64,000 nucleotides of DNA from an uncultured Christensenella sp. (lineage in GTDB: Bacteria > Bacillota > Clostridia > Christensenellales > UBA1242). Of the stretch, positions 30,216-40,840 are shown one piece after another; the first letter of the stretch is position 1; each line of letters opens with the position of its first letter. Where the stretch lies: contig CASESH010000018.1 of the NCBI GenBank assembly GCA_949290565.1, positions 1,585-65,584 on the forward strand, read 5' to 3'. The notes beneath the pieces were generated by a model. The model was not told where the DNA came from and made no database searches. It worked only from the letters and a program-made list of their open reading frames with translations. The translations under genes and the position numbers were made by a program.

Positions 30216-31355
30216 TTAAATTAATTTTAGAATTATACTATTTAAAACATAATACGCATTTTCACAAACTTTAATATGACCATCTTTAAGAGATATAAAT
30301 CCACGAGAAGATAAAAACTCAATTTCCTTTTGCTTATCTTTCAAGATATGAGTACCAAAAGAGTTATCGTATTTTGATATATCAATTCCTTCTCGTGTTC
30401 TAAGTCCAAGCATTAAAGTTTCTTCTCTTTTCATTTCCAGCGTGATTTTTTCAACTGAATAAACAGGGACTTCATCATTTTGAATTTTTTCAATATACTC
30501 AGAAAAATCTTCGGTATTATTAAATCTAGTGTCATTAAGATAGGAATGTCCCGCAAGTCCAAACGCAAGATATTCTCCCATCTGCCAATAATTCAAATTG
30601 TGTGCACATTCAAAATCTGGCAAAGAAAAATTAGAAACTTCGTACCTATAAAAGCCTGCCTTTTTAAGTTGAGAATAAACAATATTGTACATTTCAATAG
30701 TTTCATCTTCGGTTGGGAATGGAATATTTTCATCTAGCGACATATCGAATAAAGGAGTATTTTTTTCTAATATTAAAGAGTAGGCTGATATGTGAGTAAT
30801 TTTGCTTCTTGTTAAGAACCTAACCATTTTTTTAACATCGAGTATTGTTTGGTAAGGAAGCCCTATCATCATATCAACATTAATATTAATAAACCCGCAA
30901 TCTCTTGCTAATTTAATAGCCTCTTTTAATTGTCTAGCATTATGTCTTCTACCTATTGCCATAAGAACTTTATCATTAATTGACTGTCCTCCAATACTTA
31001 TTCTATTGCAACCTAAAAGCAAATACTCTTTTAATTTTTCTCTTGTCATACTTTCAGGATTACATTCAATAGTAATCTCGGCGTGTTTAGAGAGTTTAAA
31101 ATTTTTTTTCAAAGTGAGCATAATTTTTGTAAACTGCCCTTCATCAAGAGTAGAGGGCGTTCCTCCGCCAAAATAAACTGAGGAGACTCTATAATAGTCG
31201 CCGTATGCCTTTGCTCTCATTTCAATTTCACTGCATAAGCAGTCAACGTATTGAGCCTTTTTGTCCTCCTTATCACAGTACGAAACAAAGCTACAATAAT
31301 TACATTTTTTTTGATTGCAAAATGGAATATGAATATATAAAGATAAATTTTTCAT
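30216..31355 (-). CDS. hemW: radical SAM heme chaperone HemW (HemN-like, oxygen-independent coproporphyrinogen oxidase family)
   Basis: 379 aa. LYIHIPFCNQKKCNYCSF radical-SAM motif and GGGTPS. Immediately downstream of lepA, as in the Firmicute lepA-hemN-hrcA cluster. Confidence 0.85.
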   Translation of the reverse strand: MKNLSLYIHIPFCNQKKCNYCSFVSYCDKEDKKAQYVDCLCSEIEMRAKAYGDYYRVSSVYFGGGTPSTLDEGQFTKIMLTLKKNFKLSKHAEITIECNPESMTREKLKEYLLLGCNRISIGGQSINDKVLMAIGRRHNARQLKEAIKLARDCGFININVDMMIGLPYQTILDVKKMVRFLTRSKITHISAYSLILEKNTPLFDMSLDENIPFPTEDETIEMYNIVYSQLKKAGFYRYEVSNFSLPDFECAHNLNYWQMGEYLAFGLAGHSYLNDTRFNNTEDFSEYIEKIQNDEVPVYSVEKITLEMKREETLMLGLRTREGIDISKYDNSFGTHILKDKQKEIEFLSSRGFISLKDGHIKVCENAYYVLNSIILKLI

Positions 31356-31356
31356 A

Positions 31357-33153
31357 TTAATCTAATTTGAGAATAGTCATAAACGCCTCACTAGGAATCT
31401 CCACTGAACCGACCTGACGCATTCTCTTTTTCCCCTCCTTTTGTTTTTCAAGTAACTTACGCTTTCTAGTGATATCACCACCATAGCACTTAGCAAGAAC
31501 ATCTTTACGCATAGCCTTAACTGTTTCCCTTGCTATAACCTTTGAACCTATACACGCCTGAATTGGAAGTTCAAAAAGTTGTCTTGGAATTACTTCCTTT
31601 AACTTCTCAGCAAGGCGTTTACCTCTTTGGTAGGCGCTATCTTTATGAACAATTATACTTAAAGCATCACACTTTTCATTGTTTAATAAAATGTCAAGTT
31701 TGCACAAATCACTTTTAACATATTTATTAACCTCATAATCAAGACTTGCGTACCCTCTCGAACGAGATTTAAGACCATCAAAAAAGTCATAAACTATTTC
31801 ATTAAGTGGAATCTCATACTTTAAAACAACTCTTTGACTATCTAAGTACTGCATATCAAGATAAACCCCACGCTTGTTTTGACAAAGTTCCATAATATTT
31901 CCAACATACTCAGGTGGAGTATAAATACTGACACTAGCAATAGGTTCTTCAATTCTATTAATATCGGTAACATTTGGGAGTGCTGAGGGATTTGAAACTT
32001 CAACAACACTGCCATCAGTTTTATAAACTTTATAACTAACGCTAGGCGCAGTAGTAATAATGTCAAGATTAAACTCTCTTTCTAGCCTCTCGGTTATTAT
32101 CTCCAAATGCAACAATCCTAAGAAACCACATCTAAACCCAAAACCAAGCGCTGTCGAATTTTCTGGCGTATAATGAATTGAATCATCATTTAATTTTAAC
32201 TTTTCAAGAGCATCTTTTAAATCGTTGTACCTTGCACCATCAGTTAAAAAAATTCCACAATATACCATAGGTTTAATATCTTTATAGCCATCAAGCGGTT
32301 GACTTGTTGGATTGTCAGCATAAGTTATTGTATCTCCAACTTTTGTTTCACTAACCTTTTTTATGCTAGCGCAAATATAACCTACCATTCCACTACTTAG
32401 GCAATCAATTGGCTTTGTTTGAGGAGTGAAAACACCCACTTCGGTAACATCATAAGTTAAACCTGTTTTCATCATTTTAATCTTAGTACCTGTCTTTACT
32501 ATCCCATCAAAGACTCTAACAAGACTGACTGCACCCTTAAAATTGTCATAGTAACTATCAAAAATAAGTGCTTTAAGTGGTAAATCATCACTTCCTTTTG
32601 GACTTGGAATATTGTGAATAATAGACTCTAAAACTTTGTCGATATTTATTCCTTCCTTTGCAGAAATAAGAGGAGCGTCTTGACAAGAAATTCCAATAAT
32701 TTCTTCTATTTCCTTTTTAACTTCTTCAACTCTTGCACTTGGCAGGTCAATTTTATTGATAACAGGAATAATCGTAAGGTCATTTTCAAGAGCAAGATAA
32801 ACGTTTGCTAAGGTTTGAGCCTGAACCCCCTGAGTTGCATCAACTACTAAAATTGCTCCCTCACACGCTTTCAAAGAACGAGAAACTTCATAAGTAAAGT
32901 CAACGTGTCCGGGCGTATCTATTAAGTTAAGCATATACTCCTGCCCTTCATAATTGTAAAACATTCTAGTAGGCGTAAGTTTTATAGTAATGCCACGCTC
33001 TCTCTCAATGTCCATACTATCTAAAACTTGTTCAGTTAACTCTCTTTGAGAAAGCGTACCTGTAAATTCAATCAACCTATCAGCAAGCGTACTTTTGCCG
33101 TGGTCAATGTGCGCTATTATACAAAAGTTTCTAATATTTGCCTTCTTTATCAT
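31357..33153 (-). CDS. lepA: translation elongation factor 4 (LepA)
   Basis: 598 aa. G1 [17 protein letters not shown]3 [11 protein letters not shown]4 NKIDL, and the LepA-specific C-terminal domain (..[16 protein letters not shown]). Confidence 0.97.
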   Translation of the reverse strand: MIKKANIRNFCIIAHIDHGKSTLADRLIEFTGTLSQRELTEQVLDSMDIERERGITIKLTPTRMFYNYEGQEYMLNLIDTPGHVDFTYEVSRSLKACEGAILVVDATQGVQAQTLANVYLALENDLTIIPVINKIDLPSARVEEVKKEIEEIIGISCQDAPLISAKEGINIDKVLESIIHNIPSPKGSDDLPLKALIFDSYYDNFKGAVSLVRVFDGIVKTGTKIKMMKTGLTYDVTEVGVFTPQTKPIDCLSSGMVGYICASIKKVSETKVGDTITYADNPTSQPLDGYKDIKPMVYCGIFLTDGARYNDLKDALEKLKLNDDSIHYTPENSTALGFGFRCGFLGLLHLEIITERLEREFNLDIITTAPSVSYKVYKTDGSVVEVSNPSALPNVTDINRIEEPIASVSIYTPPEYVGNIMELCQNKRGVYLDMQYLDSQRVVLKYEIPLNEIVYDFFDGLKSRSRGYASLDYEVNKYVKSDLCKLDILLNNEKCDALSIIVHKDSAYQRGKRLAEKLKEVIPRQLFELPIQACIGSKVIARETVKAMRKDVLAKCYGGDITRKRKLLEKQKEGKKRMRQVGSVEIPSEAFMTILKLD

Positions 33154-33468
33154 AACAATTTATTATAAAATAAGTAGTGTATAATTACAACTATTTTAAA
33201 TTAGTTTTTTAACTAAAAATAAATTATGAGTTAAAGAATTCTTAATATTTGACAGAAAAAATTCAATACGCTATTGGTTTAAGTGATTATAAAATAAATA
33301 TTTTTTTAAATTAAATTAATTTTTAAAATAAAAAAATTAAAAGCGAGAAAAAATGATAAATAGATTTGCAAAACAACAAGAATTACAAGAACTAGAAGTC
33401 AAACTAAATGAACAAATAACTTTTTGTAAAAAATTTAGTAGTAGTATTTTAACGAAAATAACTTAGTG

Positions 33469-33497
33469 TAAAAAAAGACTAGTAAAAATACTAGTCT
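33469..33497 (-). terminator. Rho-independent terminator of the GDPD gene
   Basis: AGACTAGTA-aaaa-TACTAGTCT, a 9-bp perfect stem at 33476-33497. On the minus strand it is followed by T7 (33469-33475). It lies 29 nt after the stop at 33526. Confidence 0.75.
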
Positions 33498-33525
33498 AAG
33501 CAAAATAAAATAATGATTAAAAATT

Positions 33526-34260
33526 TTAAATTCTTGGAATAAAGTTTTCAAAAATAATATTGTCACAATACTTTACAACTTTCATATAGTCGCCTTGGCT
33601 TTGAACCGGCCAGACAATCAAAGGTAAATCTTTAACTTTTTTTAGGTATCTATTAGGCACTTCATCCCACTTATACGCTATAAACTGAGGATTTGCCGTT
33701 TTTTTACTAAGAGCAATTTTCCTTAACAAAATCCTTTTTATTGGACCAATTTTCTCATTTTTTAGTGATGAAGAAAGTTGACCTCTAATAATGTGAGGAG
33801 CATTTTGATAAAACCATCTAAGGCTAAAAGGATTAAAACTCATAACTGCGATATCGCCCTCATAGTCTTTTATAACCTCATAAACTCTTTTTTCAAAGTT
33901 AGTGGATATATTATTGTCCTTAATTTCAATCAAAATAGGAACTCGCCCTTTTATAAATTCAAGAGTTTCTTTTAAAGTAGGAATTTTTTGTGAACTATTA
34001 AGGAGCGTATAAGATTTTAATTCATCAATATTTTTTATATGTTTGACATAACCATCTTTTCCGGTAAGCCTATTTAGAGTTTTATCGTGAAAAACAATTG
34101 GAGTGCCATCTTCAATAGATTGAACATCTATTTCAATAGGAAATTCACCCTCAATCGCCTTTTGAAAAGATAGAATACTATTTTCAGGAGCAGTTTCATC
34201 ATGCAAACCACGATGAGCAATAAATCTATTTACAATCCAACTTTCAAAAACATTTTCCAT
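33526..34260 (-). CDS. glycerophosphodiester phosphodiesterase family protein
   Basis: 244 aa. GDPD signature IAHRGLHDETAPENSILSFQKAIE..PIEIDVQ. Confidence 0.85.
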   Translation of the reverse strand: MENVFESWIVNRFIAHRGLHDETAPENSILSFQKAIEGEFPIEIDVQSIEDGTPIVFHDKTLNRLTGKDGYVKHIKNIDELKSYTLLNSSQKIPTLKETLEFIKGRVPILIEIKDNNISTNFEKRVYEVIKDYEGDIAVMSFNPFSLRWFYQNAPHIIRGQLSSSLKNEKIGPIKRILLRKIALSKKTANPQFIAYKWDEVPNRYLKKVKDLPLIVWPVQSQGDYMKVVKYCDNIIFENFIPRI

Positions 34261-34624
34261 AATGACCTCAAAACAAAGTATTTTTATTTCTTTATAAACC
34301 TTTATTTATGAAAACTAATACTTAAATTAAGTAATTTAGTTAAATTTAACACTAGATAAGAATACAAACTGTATTTTTAGCAAAAAGTTAAAATTTTTAC
34401 TTATACAAGTTAAACTAAAAACCATTTGTAATAGTAAATTATATCACTTAATTTTCTTTTTTCAAATTAATTTGTTAAAAAAACACTTTTTTCTTAATTA
34501 ATATGTTAAAAAAAACTCAAATATTCTACTTTTTTGTAAAAAAAACAAATTAAATATGTATTATTGTAACAAATATCTAATTTTATAAAGTTTTATAAAA
34601 TAAAAGAATCAAAAATTTATCAAA

Positions 34625-34794
34625 CTTAAATAAACTTAAATAATCTTAATAAAACTTAATAAAACTTAATAATACTTAATAATACTTAATAAAACTTAAC
34701 AAATCTTAGTAAAACTTAACAAATCTTAATAAATCTTAGTAAAACTTAACAAAAGTTAACAAAACTTAACAAAAGTTAACAAAACTTAACAAAA
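34625..34794 (+). repeat. 10-bp phased tandem array A (17 units; CTTAAYAAAW on + strand)
   Basis: Read directly: CTTAAATAAA CTTAAATAAT CTTAATAAAA x2 CTTAATAATA x2 ... CTTAACAAAA GTTAACAAAA alternating at the right end. The period is exactly 10 bp over 170 bp. It starts 24 nt beyond the rarA stop. Confidence 0.95.
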
Positions 34795-34818
34795 GTTTTA
34801 AAAAATTTTATACTTATA

Positions 34819-36102
34819 TTACTTAATCTTATCAAATTTTTTTCTTTTTAAAAATTTTTCTTTTCCATTTTGACTAGGAATATAATACACTTTATCTTTC
34901 AAAGTTTTTGGCAAATAATCTTGTTTGACATAACCTCCAAAGTCATGAGGGTACTTATACCCTGCTGTTTTATCATCATTTATAGAGGGATGATTTTTTA
35001 AGTTATTTGGTACATTATCATCTTTTGAATTCTCAATGTCATTCTTTGCTCTCTCCATTGCAAGATAAACTGAGTTTGATTTTTCAGCCTCACAGGCGTA
35101 AATAATCGCGTGAGAAAGAGTAAGTAAACATTCAGGCAAACCTAATTTTTCACAACTATATAGCGCACAACTACTAAGCAAAAGGGCATTGCTGTCTGCC
35201 ATTCCAATATCTTCACTGCTGTGAGCAATTAAACGCCTTGCTATAATTCTAGGGTCGCAACCTGCCTTAATTAATCTATTTGACCAATACAAAGCAGCAT
35301 CAGTATCACTTCCCCTTATGCTCTTACAAAATGCCGACAACATATCATAAAACATTGTTGAATCTAAACTATAACCACCCTCACCAATACTTTGGGTTGC
35401 CACCTCTTTATTAATGACAATTTGCTTATTTTTATCAAGATTAGTTGTGTTAACAGCAAGTTCCAAACCATTTAGCGCCTGTCTTACATCTCCTCCGCTA
35501 GCAAAAGCAAAATATTCATAAGCATCTTCTTCAACAACAACGGGCAAATTACCAAGTCCCCTTTCTTTATCACTGACAGCACGCTTTAAAACGCAAATAA
35601 TATCTTCTTTTGTTATAGGTTTAAATTCAAAAACTCTACACCTTGAAACAATAGCACGAGTCATACTAGTATAAGGATTTTCAGTCGTAGAACCTATGAA
35701 AATAATATGCCCTTCTTCGATGGCTTGCAAAATACAATCACTTTGCGCTTTACTCCATCTATGGCACTCATCTAAAAACAGGTAAGTTTTTTTATTAAAC
35801 AATTCAAAGTTCTTTTTTGCTTTATCAATAATCTCTCTTGCCTCATTAACCCCACTAGAAACGGCGTTCAATTTTTCAATCTCTCCGCTTGAAGTGTTTG
35901 CAATTATATGCGCTAAGGTAGTTTTGCCCGTTCCCGGTGGTCCATAAAAAATACAACTACCTAAGACTTGCGCCCTAATTGCCCTATCCAAAAGAGAATT
36001 TTTACTAACAATATGTTTTTGTCCAACAAACTCGTCTAAGGTAGTAGGCCTCATTCTTTCACTAAGAGGTTTTTTGTTATTAAACATTGAATAATATTCC
36101 AT
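34819..36102 (-). CDS. rarA: replication-associated recombination protein A (RarA/MgsA AAA+ ATPase)
   Basis: 427 aa. MRPTTLDEFVGQKHI, Walker A FYGPPGTGKTTLA, Walker B LFLDECHRW, and a C-terminal MgsA domain. Confidence 0.9.
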   Translation of the reverse strand: MEYYSMFNNKKPLSERMRPTTLDEFVGQKHIVSKNSLLDRAIRAQVLGSCIFYGPPGTGKTTLAHIIANTSSGEIEKLNAVSSGVNEAREIIDKAKKNFELFNKKTYLFLDECHRWSKAQSDCILQAIEEGHIIFIGSTTENPYTSMTRAIVSRCRVFEFKPITKEDIICVLKRAVSDKERGLGNLPVVVEEDAYEYFAFASGGDVRQALNGLELAVNTTNLDKNKQIVINKEVATQSIGEGGYSLDSTMFYDMLSAFCKSIRGSDTDAALYWSNRLIKAGCDPRIIARRLIAHSSEDIGMADSNALLLSSCALYSCEKLGLPECLLTLSHAIIYACEAEKSNSVYLAMERAKNDIENSKDDNVPNNLKNHPSINDDKTAGYKYPHDFGGYVKQDYLPKTLKDKVYYIPSQNGKEKFLKRKKFDKIK

Positions 36103-36510
36103 ACAAAAAATATATCACAAATTAATTTAATTGTAAACATTTGAATTTTTAAATAAAAAGATTAAAAGAGTAAACTCATATTTTTTAACTTTATTTTTAG
36201 AAATTACTAGCAACACATTTTTTAAAAAAAATTCAATTAATAACGTTTATTAAAATTTTAATACTTTAATTGATATTTAATAATCTAATAACTCAAAAAA
36301 TTTTAAATAGTTTAGTTATGTTTATAAGTTTCTTTCATATTTATATAAGTTTCATTCAAGTTGTTTAAAGTTTTTATTTTTTATTTCTTGATAAGTTTTT
36401 AAAAGTAAATTTATGTTTAATGCAAGATTTTTTTGTAAACTACAAAAATTTTTTTTAGGACTAGCAAATTTTGACAAATTTTTACATATATCTTACCAAG
36501 GAAGGTTTAT

Positions 36511-37212
36511 ATGATTGTTGAGAGTTTTATAGCATTTATGAATAAAATTATGCTCTTTTCTGCCTATGTGAACAACGCCTCTAATTTTCCAAAACCTCTA
36601 ACTCAGGAGCAAGAAAAAGCATATTTTGAAGCGTACAAAAAAGGAGATAAAAACGCAAAAGATAAACTCGTTTCTCACAATTTAAGGCTTGTAGTTCATG
36701 TTGCTAAAAAGTACTGTCAAACTGCCGAAAGCGATGACCTTATCAGTGTAGGTTCAATAGGACTTATTAAGGCGGTAAACACTTTTGACTACGATAAAAA
36801 TACTCAATTCTCAACTTACGCTGCAAGGTGCATAGAAAATGAAATACTTATGCTTCTTAGAGTTAATAAAAAACATATTCCCGTAATGTCGCTAAATGAA
36901 AGTTTAGGTAAAGACAAAGAAGGAAATGATGTGGCTATTCAAGATATTATTCCTGATGAAAACCAGAATGTTTCAGTCCAAGTAGAAAATCAAGTATTGA
37001 CTGAAAAACTTTTACAAATAATTAAGAAATCTCTTAGTCAAAGAGAATATGAAATTATGTGTATGAGATATGGCTTAAACAACAAACCCGTTTACACCCA
37101 AAGGGAAATTGCAAAAAAACTAAAAATTTCTCGTTCATACATAAGTAGATTAGAAAAGAAATCACTCGATATTTTAAGAGAGAAAACAAAAAAAGAAGAT
37201 GTTTATTACTAA
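36511..37212 (+). CDS. sigK: sporulation sigma factor, pro-sigma-K type (uninterrupted)
   Basis: 233 aa. Pro-sequence followed by YVNNASNFPKPLTQEQEKAYF, which resembles B. subtilis SigK YVKNNAFPQPLSSSEEKKYL. Also YAARCIENEILM, GKDKEGNDVAIQDI (SigK-like DKEGN) and TQREIAKKLKISRSYISRLEKKSL. SigE is the closest alternative. Confidence 0.75.
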   Translation: MIVESFIAFMNKIMLFSAYVNNASNFPKPLTQEQEKAYFEAYKKGDKNAKDKLVSHNLRLVVHVAKKYCQTAESDDLISVGSIGLIKAVNTFDYDKNTQFSTYAARCIENEILMLLRVNKKHIPVMSLNESLGKDKEGNDVAIQDIIPDENQNVSVQVENQVLTEKLLQIIKKSLSQREYEIMCMRYGLNNKPVYTQREIAKKLKISRSYISRLEKKSLDILREKTKKEDVYY

Positions 37213-37570
37213 GAGTTTTAGTAAAATAGAATGTATCATATTGCAAAAACAATTATTAAGTAGTAAAAAATAATTTTAATAAAAAAATAATAAAAAAGTT
37301 CGATAATAAATTTATAAAAAATGTATATAAATGCAATCATAAATTTTAAAAGTTCTAATAAAATCTAACATTATTTAGAAACAAAAAAATAAATAGAATT
37401 CTTAAAAAAAAGAATTTTAAATTTAAAAAAGTTGTAAAATCTCTAATAATTAAAAAAATAAAGCAGTTTATTGTTTTTTATATGATTTAAAAAGACATAA
37501 AAATAAAAAGTAAAAAATAAATCAATATTTACATACTTGACAAATTATAATAAAAACTTAAAATAAAGAC

Positions 37571-37918
37571 ATTAGGCAGACAGGTGGTCGCAGTCCAATT
37601 GTAGTGATTGGAGTGAGGAAAGTCCGAGCTTCATAGAACAGGGTGCTGAGTAACTCTCAGTGAAGGCGACTTTAAGGAAAGTGCAACAGAAATAAACAGC
37701 AAAGCAATGCTTTGCAATGGTGGAAAGGCGGAGTAAGAGCCCACCGACCGACTAGTGATAGTTGGTGCCATGTAAACCCCACCCGAAGCAAGATTAAAAA
37801 GAATCGTTATAAAGTTGTTCGCTAGATTCTTTAACAATATCGCTTGAACTATTTGGCAACAAATAGTCTAGATAGATGACCACCAAATACAGAACTCGGC
37901 TTATAGTTTGCACTAATC
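37571..37918 (+). ncRNA. rnpB: RNase P RNA (bacterial, ribozyme component)
   Basis: Universal P4 strands GAGGAAAGTCCG (approx 37615-37626) and ACAGAACTCGGCTTA (approx 37889-37903). P1 pairs ATTAGGCAGAC with GTTTGCACTAAT, and P2 pairs AGGTGGTC with GACCACC. A strong terminator follows. Track ORF 37631..37837 lies inside it and is spurious. Confidence 0.88.
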
Positions 37919-37957
37919 ATAACTACTTGCAAGTTGCAAGTAGTTATGTTTTTATTT
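37919..37957 (+). terminator. Rho-independent terminator of rnpB
   Basis: 13-bp perfect stem ATAACTACTTGCA-agt-TGCAAGTAGTTAT (37919-37947), followed by GTTTTTATTT. Confidence 0.8.
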
Positions 37958-38294
37958 AATGTTTATATTAACTAAACCTAGTTAAGTTATTTATATAAAT
38001 TAAACACTATAAAATGAATCTTAATTTAAGTAAATCTTGTACTAATTATAAATAATTTTTAATCTACGACTTCATAATACTAAAATATTATAAAATAAAA
38101 AATGTACATATAAAATGTACATTTATAACCATTCAATTTTACAAAAAATATTTAATAAAAATTTATAGTTTTTATTTATATAATTTTTTTGATTAGTATG
38201 AAAATAAACAATAAAAAATTTTTGAAAAAAGTAAAAATTTACACAATACTAAATTCACAAATACAAAGTAAACGCTGTACTAAAAAACTAAATT

Positions 38295-40139
38295 CTAGAA
38301 TTTAGCAATCATAACGTTTAAGATAGGTTTTCTCTTTACTTTTCTACTAATGCAATTTGAAGCAAGTTTTCTAACCATGGCTTGTATTTCTTCGTCAGTG
38401 AAGTTTCTCAAATCTACATCTTTTAATTTATTAAAAATTGTTTCCTTAGCACTAGGAACGATTTTATCATATTCGTTCTCATATATAGAACCACGAGAAA
38501 CAATATCAGGTTTATCCATGATATTACCCGTTTCTAAGAGTATTTTAATAAGAATAATAACAAGTCCACTCTCACTTAAAGCCCTCCTATCTCTCATAAC
38601 CTGACAATCTGGAGTACCAACGCCCGTTCCATCTATCAAAACTGAACCGGCTTGAACAACCTTAGAAATTTTCATCATATTTTGGTTAAGTTCGACCTGC
38701 ATACCAATTTCAGGAATTATGATATTTCTTTCAGGCATACCAAGTTCGAGGGCAAGATTTTTATGATTTTTGAGGTGCCTATATTCCCCGTGAATAGGAA
38801 TAAAGAACTTAGGTTTAATGACTGAGTGAAGTATTTTAAGTTCTTCCTTATATGCGTGGCCTGAGGCGTGAACATCAGCAACTTGATTATAGATGATATT
38901 ACAATCTTTTCTATAAAGTTTGTTAATTAAATCGTTAATTTGAGTTTCATTGCCCGGAATAGGCGAAGAAGAAAGAATTACGACATCATTTTTACCGAGT
39001 TTGACCTTATTGAAAGCATCACTAGCAATTCTAGCAAGAGCACTTGCGCCCTCACCTTGTGAACCGGTAGAAATAATTACAAGATTTTTATCATCATAGT
39101 TTGCAATCTTATCAATATCAATAATTGCCTCTTTGTTACAAACAAGTTCGCCCGTTTTAAAAGCAATATCGCTAACGGTCAACATACTACGTCCGGTAAA
39201 AGCAACCTTACGATTATGCTTAATGGCAGTATTAATAATTTGTTGCAAACGATAAACATTAGAGGCAAAAGTTGCGATAATAATTCTCTCTTTTGTAAAC
39301 TTATCAAACAGTTCATCAAACGTTTTACCCACAACAGTTTCGCTAAGAGAAAAGCCTTCCCTTTCGACATTTGTACTTTCACACAAGAGCAAATCTACGC
39401 CCTTTTTACCAATTTCGGCAAGTCTTTTCATATCACAAACATTATTTTTAATGTTAAAATCAATTTTAAAATCGCCCGTATGAACAACGACTCCGGCAGG
39501 AGTGTTAATTACATAGGCGCACGCACCGGGAATTGAGTGAGTGATTGAAACATTCTCAACTACAAATTTCCCAGCATAAACAGTTGTGTTAGGTTTAATA
39601 GGTTTTAATAAAGCGCTAAGTTTACCTTGATTGTCTCTAAGTTTCTTATCAACAAGTCCAAGAGTAATAGGAGTACCATAAATAGGAGCGTTGACAATTT
39701 GTAATACATTTGCAATGCAACCAATATGGTCCTCGTGGCCGTGAGTAATAAAAATTGCCCTAAGTTTAGACTTTTTTTGTTCAAGATAAGTTAAGTCTTG
39801 AATAACCTTATCAATTCCCGGCAAACTCTCATCACCAAAAGCGTGCCCAGCATCTACCATAATCATATCGTCGCCATATTCAAATAAGGTCATATTTTTA
39901 CCAATCTCATCAATACCACCCAAGAAAGTAACTTTAAGATTATAATAACCGTGTTCTTTTCTATGTTTATGCTCTACCTCAAAATCATTATTTGACTTTG
40001 AAGTTTTAGGGAATTTTTTAACACCTTTATTCAAATTAGAATTTTTTAAAGAGTTTATATTTTGATTTTTATAATAAAATTTAGTTTGATTTTTATTGTT
40101 TTTTACTTGAAAAACTTGTTTAGTTTGATTTAATTCCAT
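38295..40139 (-). CDS. rnj: ribonuclease J (metallo-beta-lactamase/beta-CASP)
   Basis: ITHGHEDHIG, GDFK and HASGHA motifs. Start set to ATG at 40139 (MELNQTK), preceded by AAGGAG 6 nt upstream; the track start is at 40175. An approx 60-aa N/K-rich extension precedes the conserved LKVTFLGGIDEIGKN. Confidence 0.92.
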   Translation of the reverse strand: MELNQTKQVFQVKNNKNQTKFYYKNQNINSLKNSNLNKGVKKFPKTSKSNNDFEVEHKHRKEHGYYNLKVTFLGGIDEIGKNMTLFEYGDDMIMVDAGHAFGDESLPGIDKVIQDLTYLEQKKSKLRAIFITHGHEDHIGCIANVLQIVNAPIYGTPITLGLVDKKLRDNQGKLSALLKPIKPNTTVYAGKFVVENVSITHSIPGACAYVINTPAGVVVHTGDFKIDFNIKNNVCDMKRLAEIGKKGVDLLLCESTNVEREGFSLSETVVGKTFDELFDKFTKERIIIATFASNVYRLQQIINTAIKHNRKVAFTGRSMLTVSDIAFKTGELVCNKEAIIDIDKIANYDDKNLVIISTGSQGEGASALARIASDAFNKVKLGKNDVVILSSSPIPGNETQINDLINKLYRKDCNIIYNQVADVHASGHAYKEELKILHSVIKPKFFIPIHGEYRHLKNHKNLALELGMPERNIIIPEIGMQVELNQNMMKISKVVQAGSVLIDGTGVGTPDCQVMRDRRALSESGLVIILIKILLETGNIMDKPDIVSRGSIYENEYDKIVPSAKETIFNKLKDVDLRNFTDEEIQAMVRKLASNCISRKVKRKPILNVMIAKF

Positions 40140-40840
40140 TTTTTCTCCTTGCAAAATAAGTATTAAAGTACACAAAAAGATTAGTTAAAACTCAATTGAA
40201 CCATAATCTAAAAACAAATTAAAGCCACAAAAAAGCATAAATATAATTAAGTTCTAAATTAATTTAAAAAATAGTTTTTATTGATAAATTTAACTAGTTT
40301 AAATATAAAAAAAGAAAGTAAATTAATTAAAACTATTAAATTCGCCAATTAGTGCATAGTATTTTATATTTTGTATGATAAAAGAAAACTTATATCTATT
40401 CCCTATTCATTAAAATAAAGGAAATAATATAAAAATATAAGATTAACTAACTCAAAATATAATCTAAAATTTTTTAAGCACTAAAAAAGAAACTAAATAA
40501 CATAGTCCTCTTTAATCACTTAAAATTTACTCATTAGTTAAAAACTAACCTCTCTAAAAAGTAAGATACCAAAAAATATCATACAAGTCAACAATTTTTT
40601 TGTTCTTTCATAAAAATTAAAGTCAAAATAAAACAACAAAATAGAGGCCACTAATTCAGTTAAAAATTTTACTTAACTATTGCAAATTAAAAAATTTATT
40701 ATAAAATGTTTTTTTTAAATCTAACTATTATTAAAGATTAAGAAAAGTTTATATAAGTTTACAAAAAATAATAAACACACTTTAAATTATTTTTATTAGA
40801 CAAAATAGTATTTAAAAGTTATCTTTATTTAATTAATCGA

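Noticed and set aside
33353-33466. 37-aa + strand ORF (MINRFAKQQELQELEVKLNEQITF...) in the lepA upstream spacer
   Set aside because: It has a weak RBS (GAGAAA), is very short, and has no recognisable family. It ends against the minus-strand GDPD terminator. It cannot be supported from sequence alone.
37631-37837. 68-aa track ORF on the minus strand
   Set aside because: It lies entirely inside the RNase P RNA gene, antisense to it. Its relatively GC-rich open frame is a by-product of the structured RNA.
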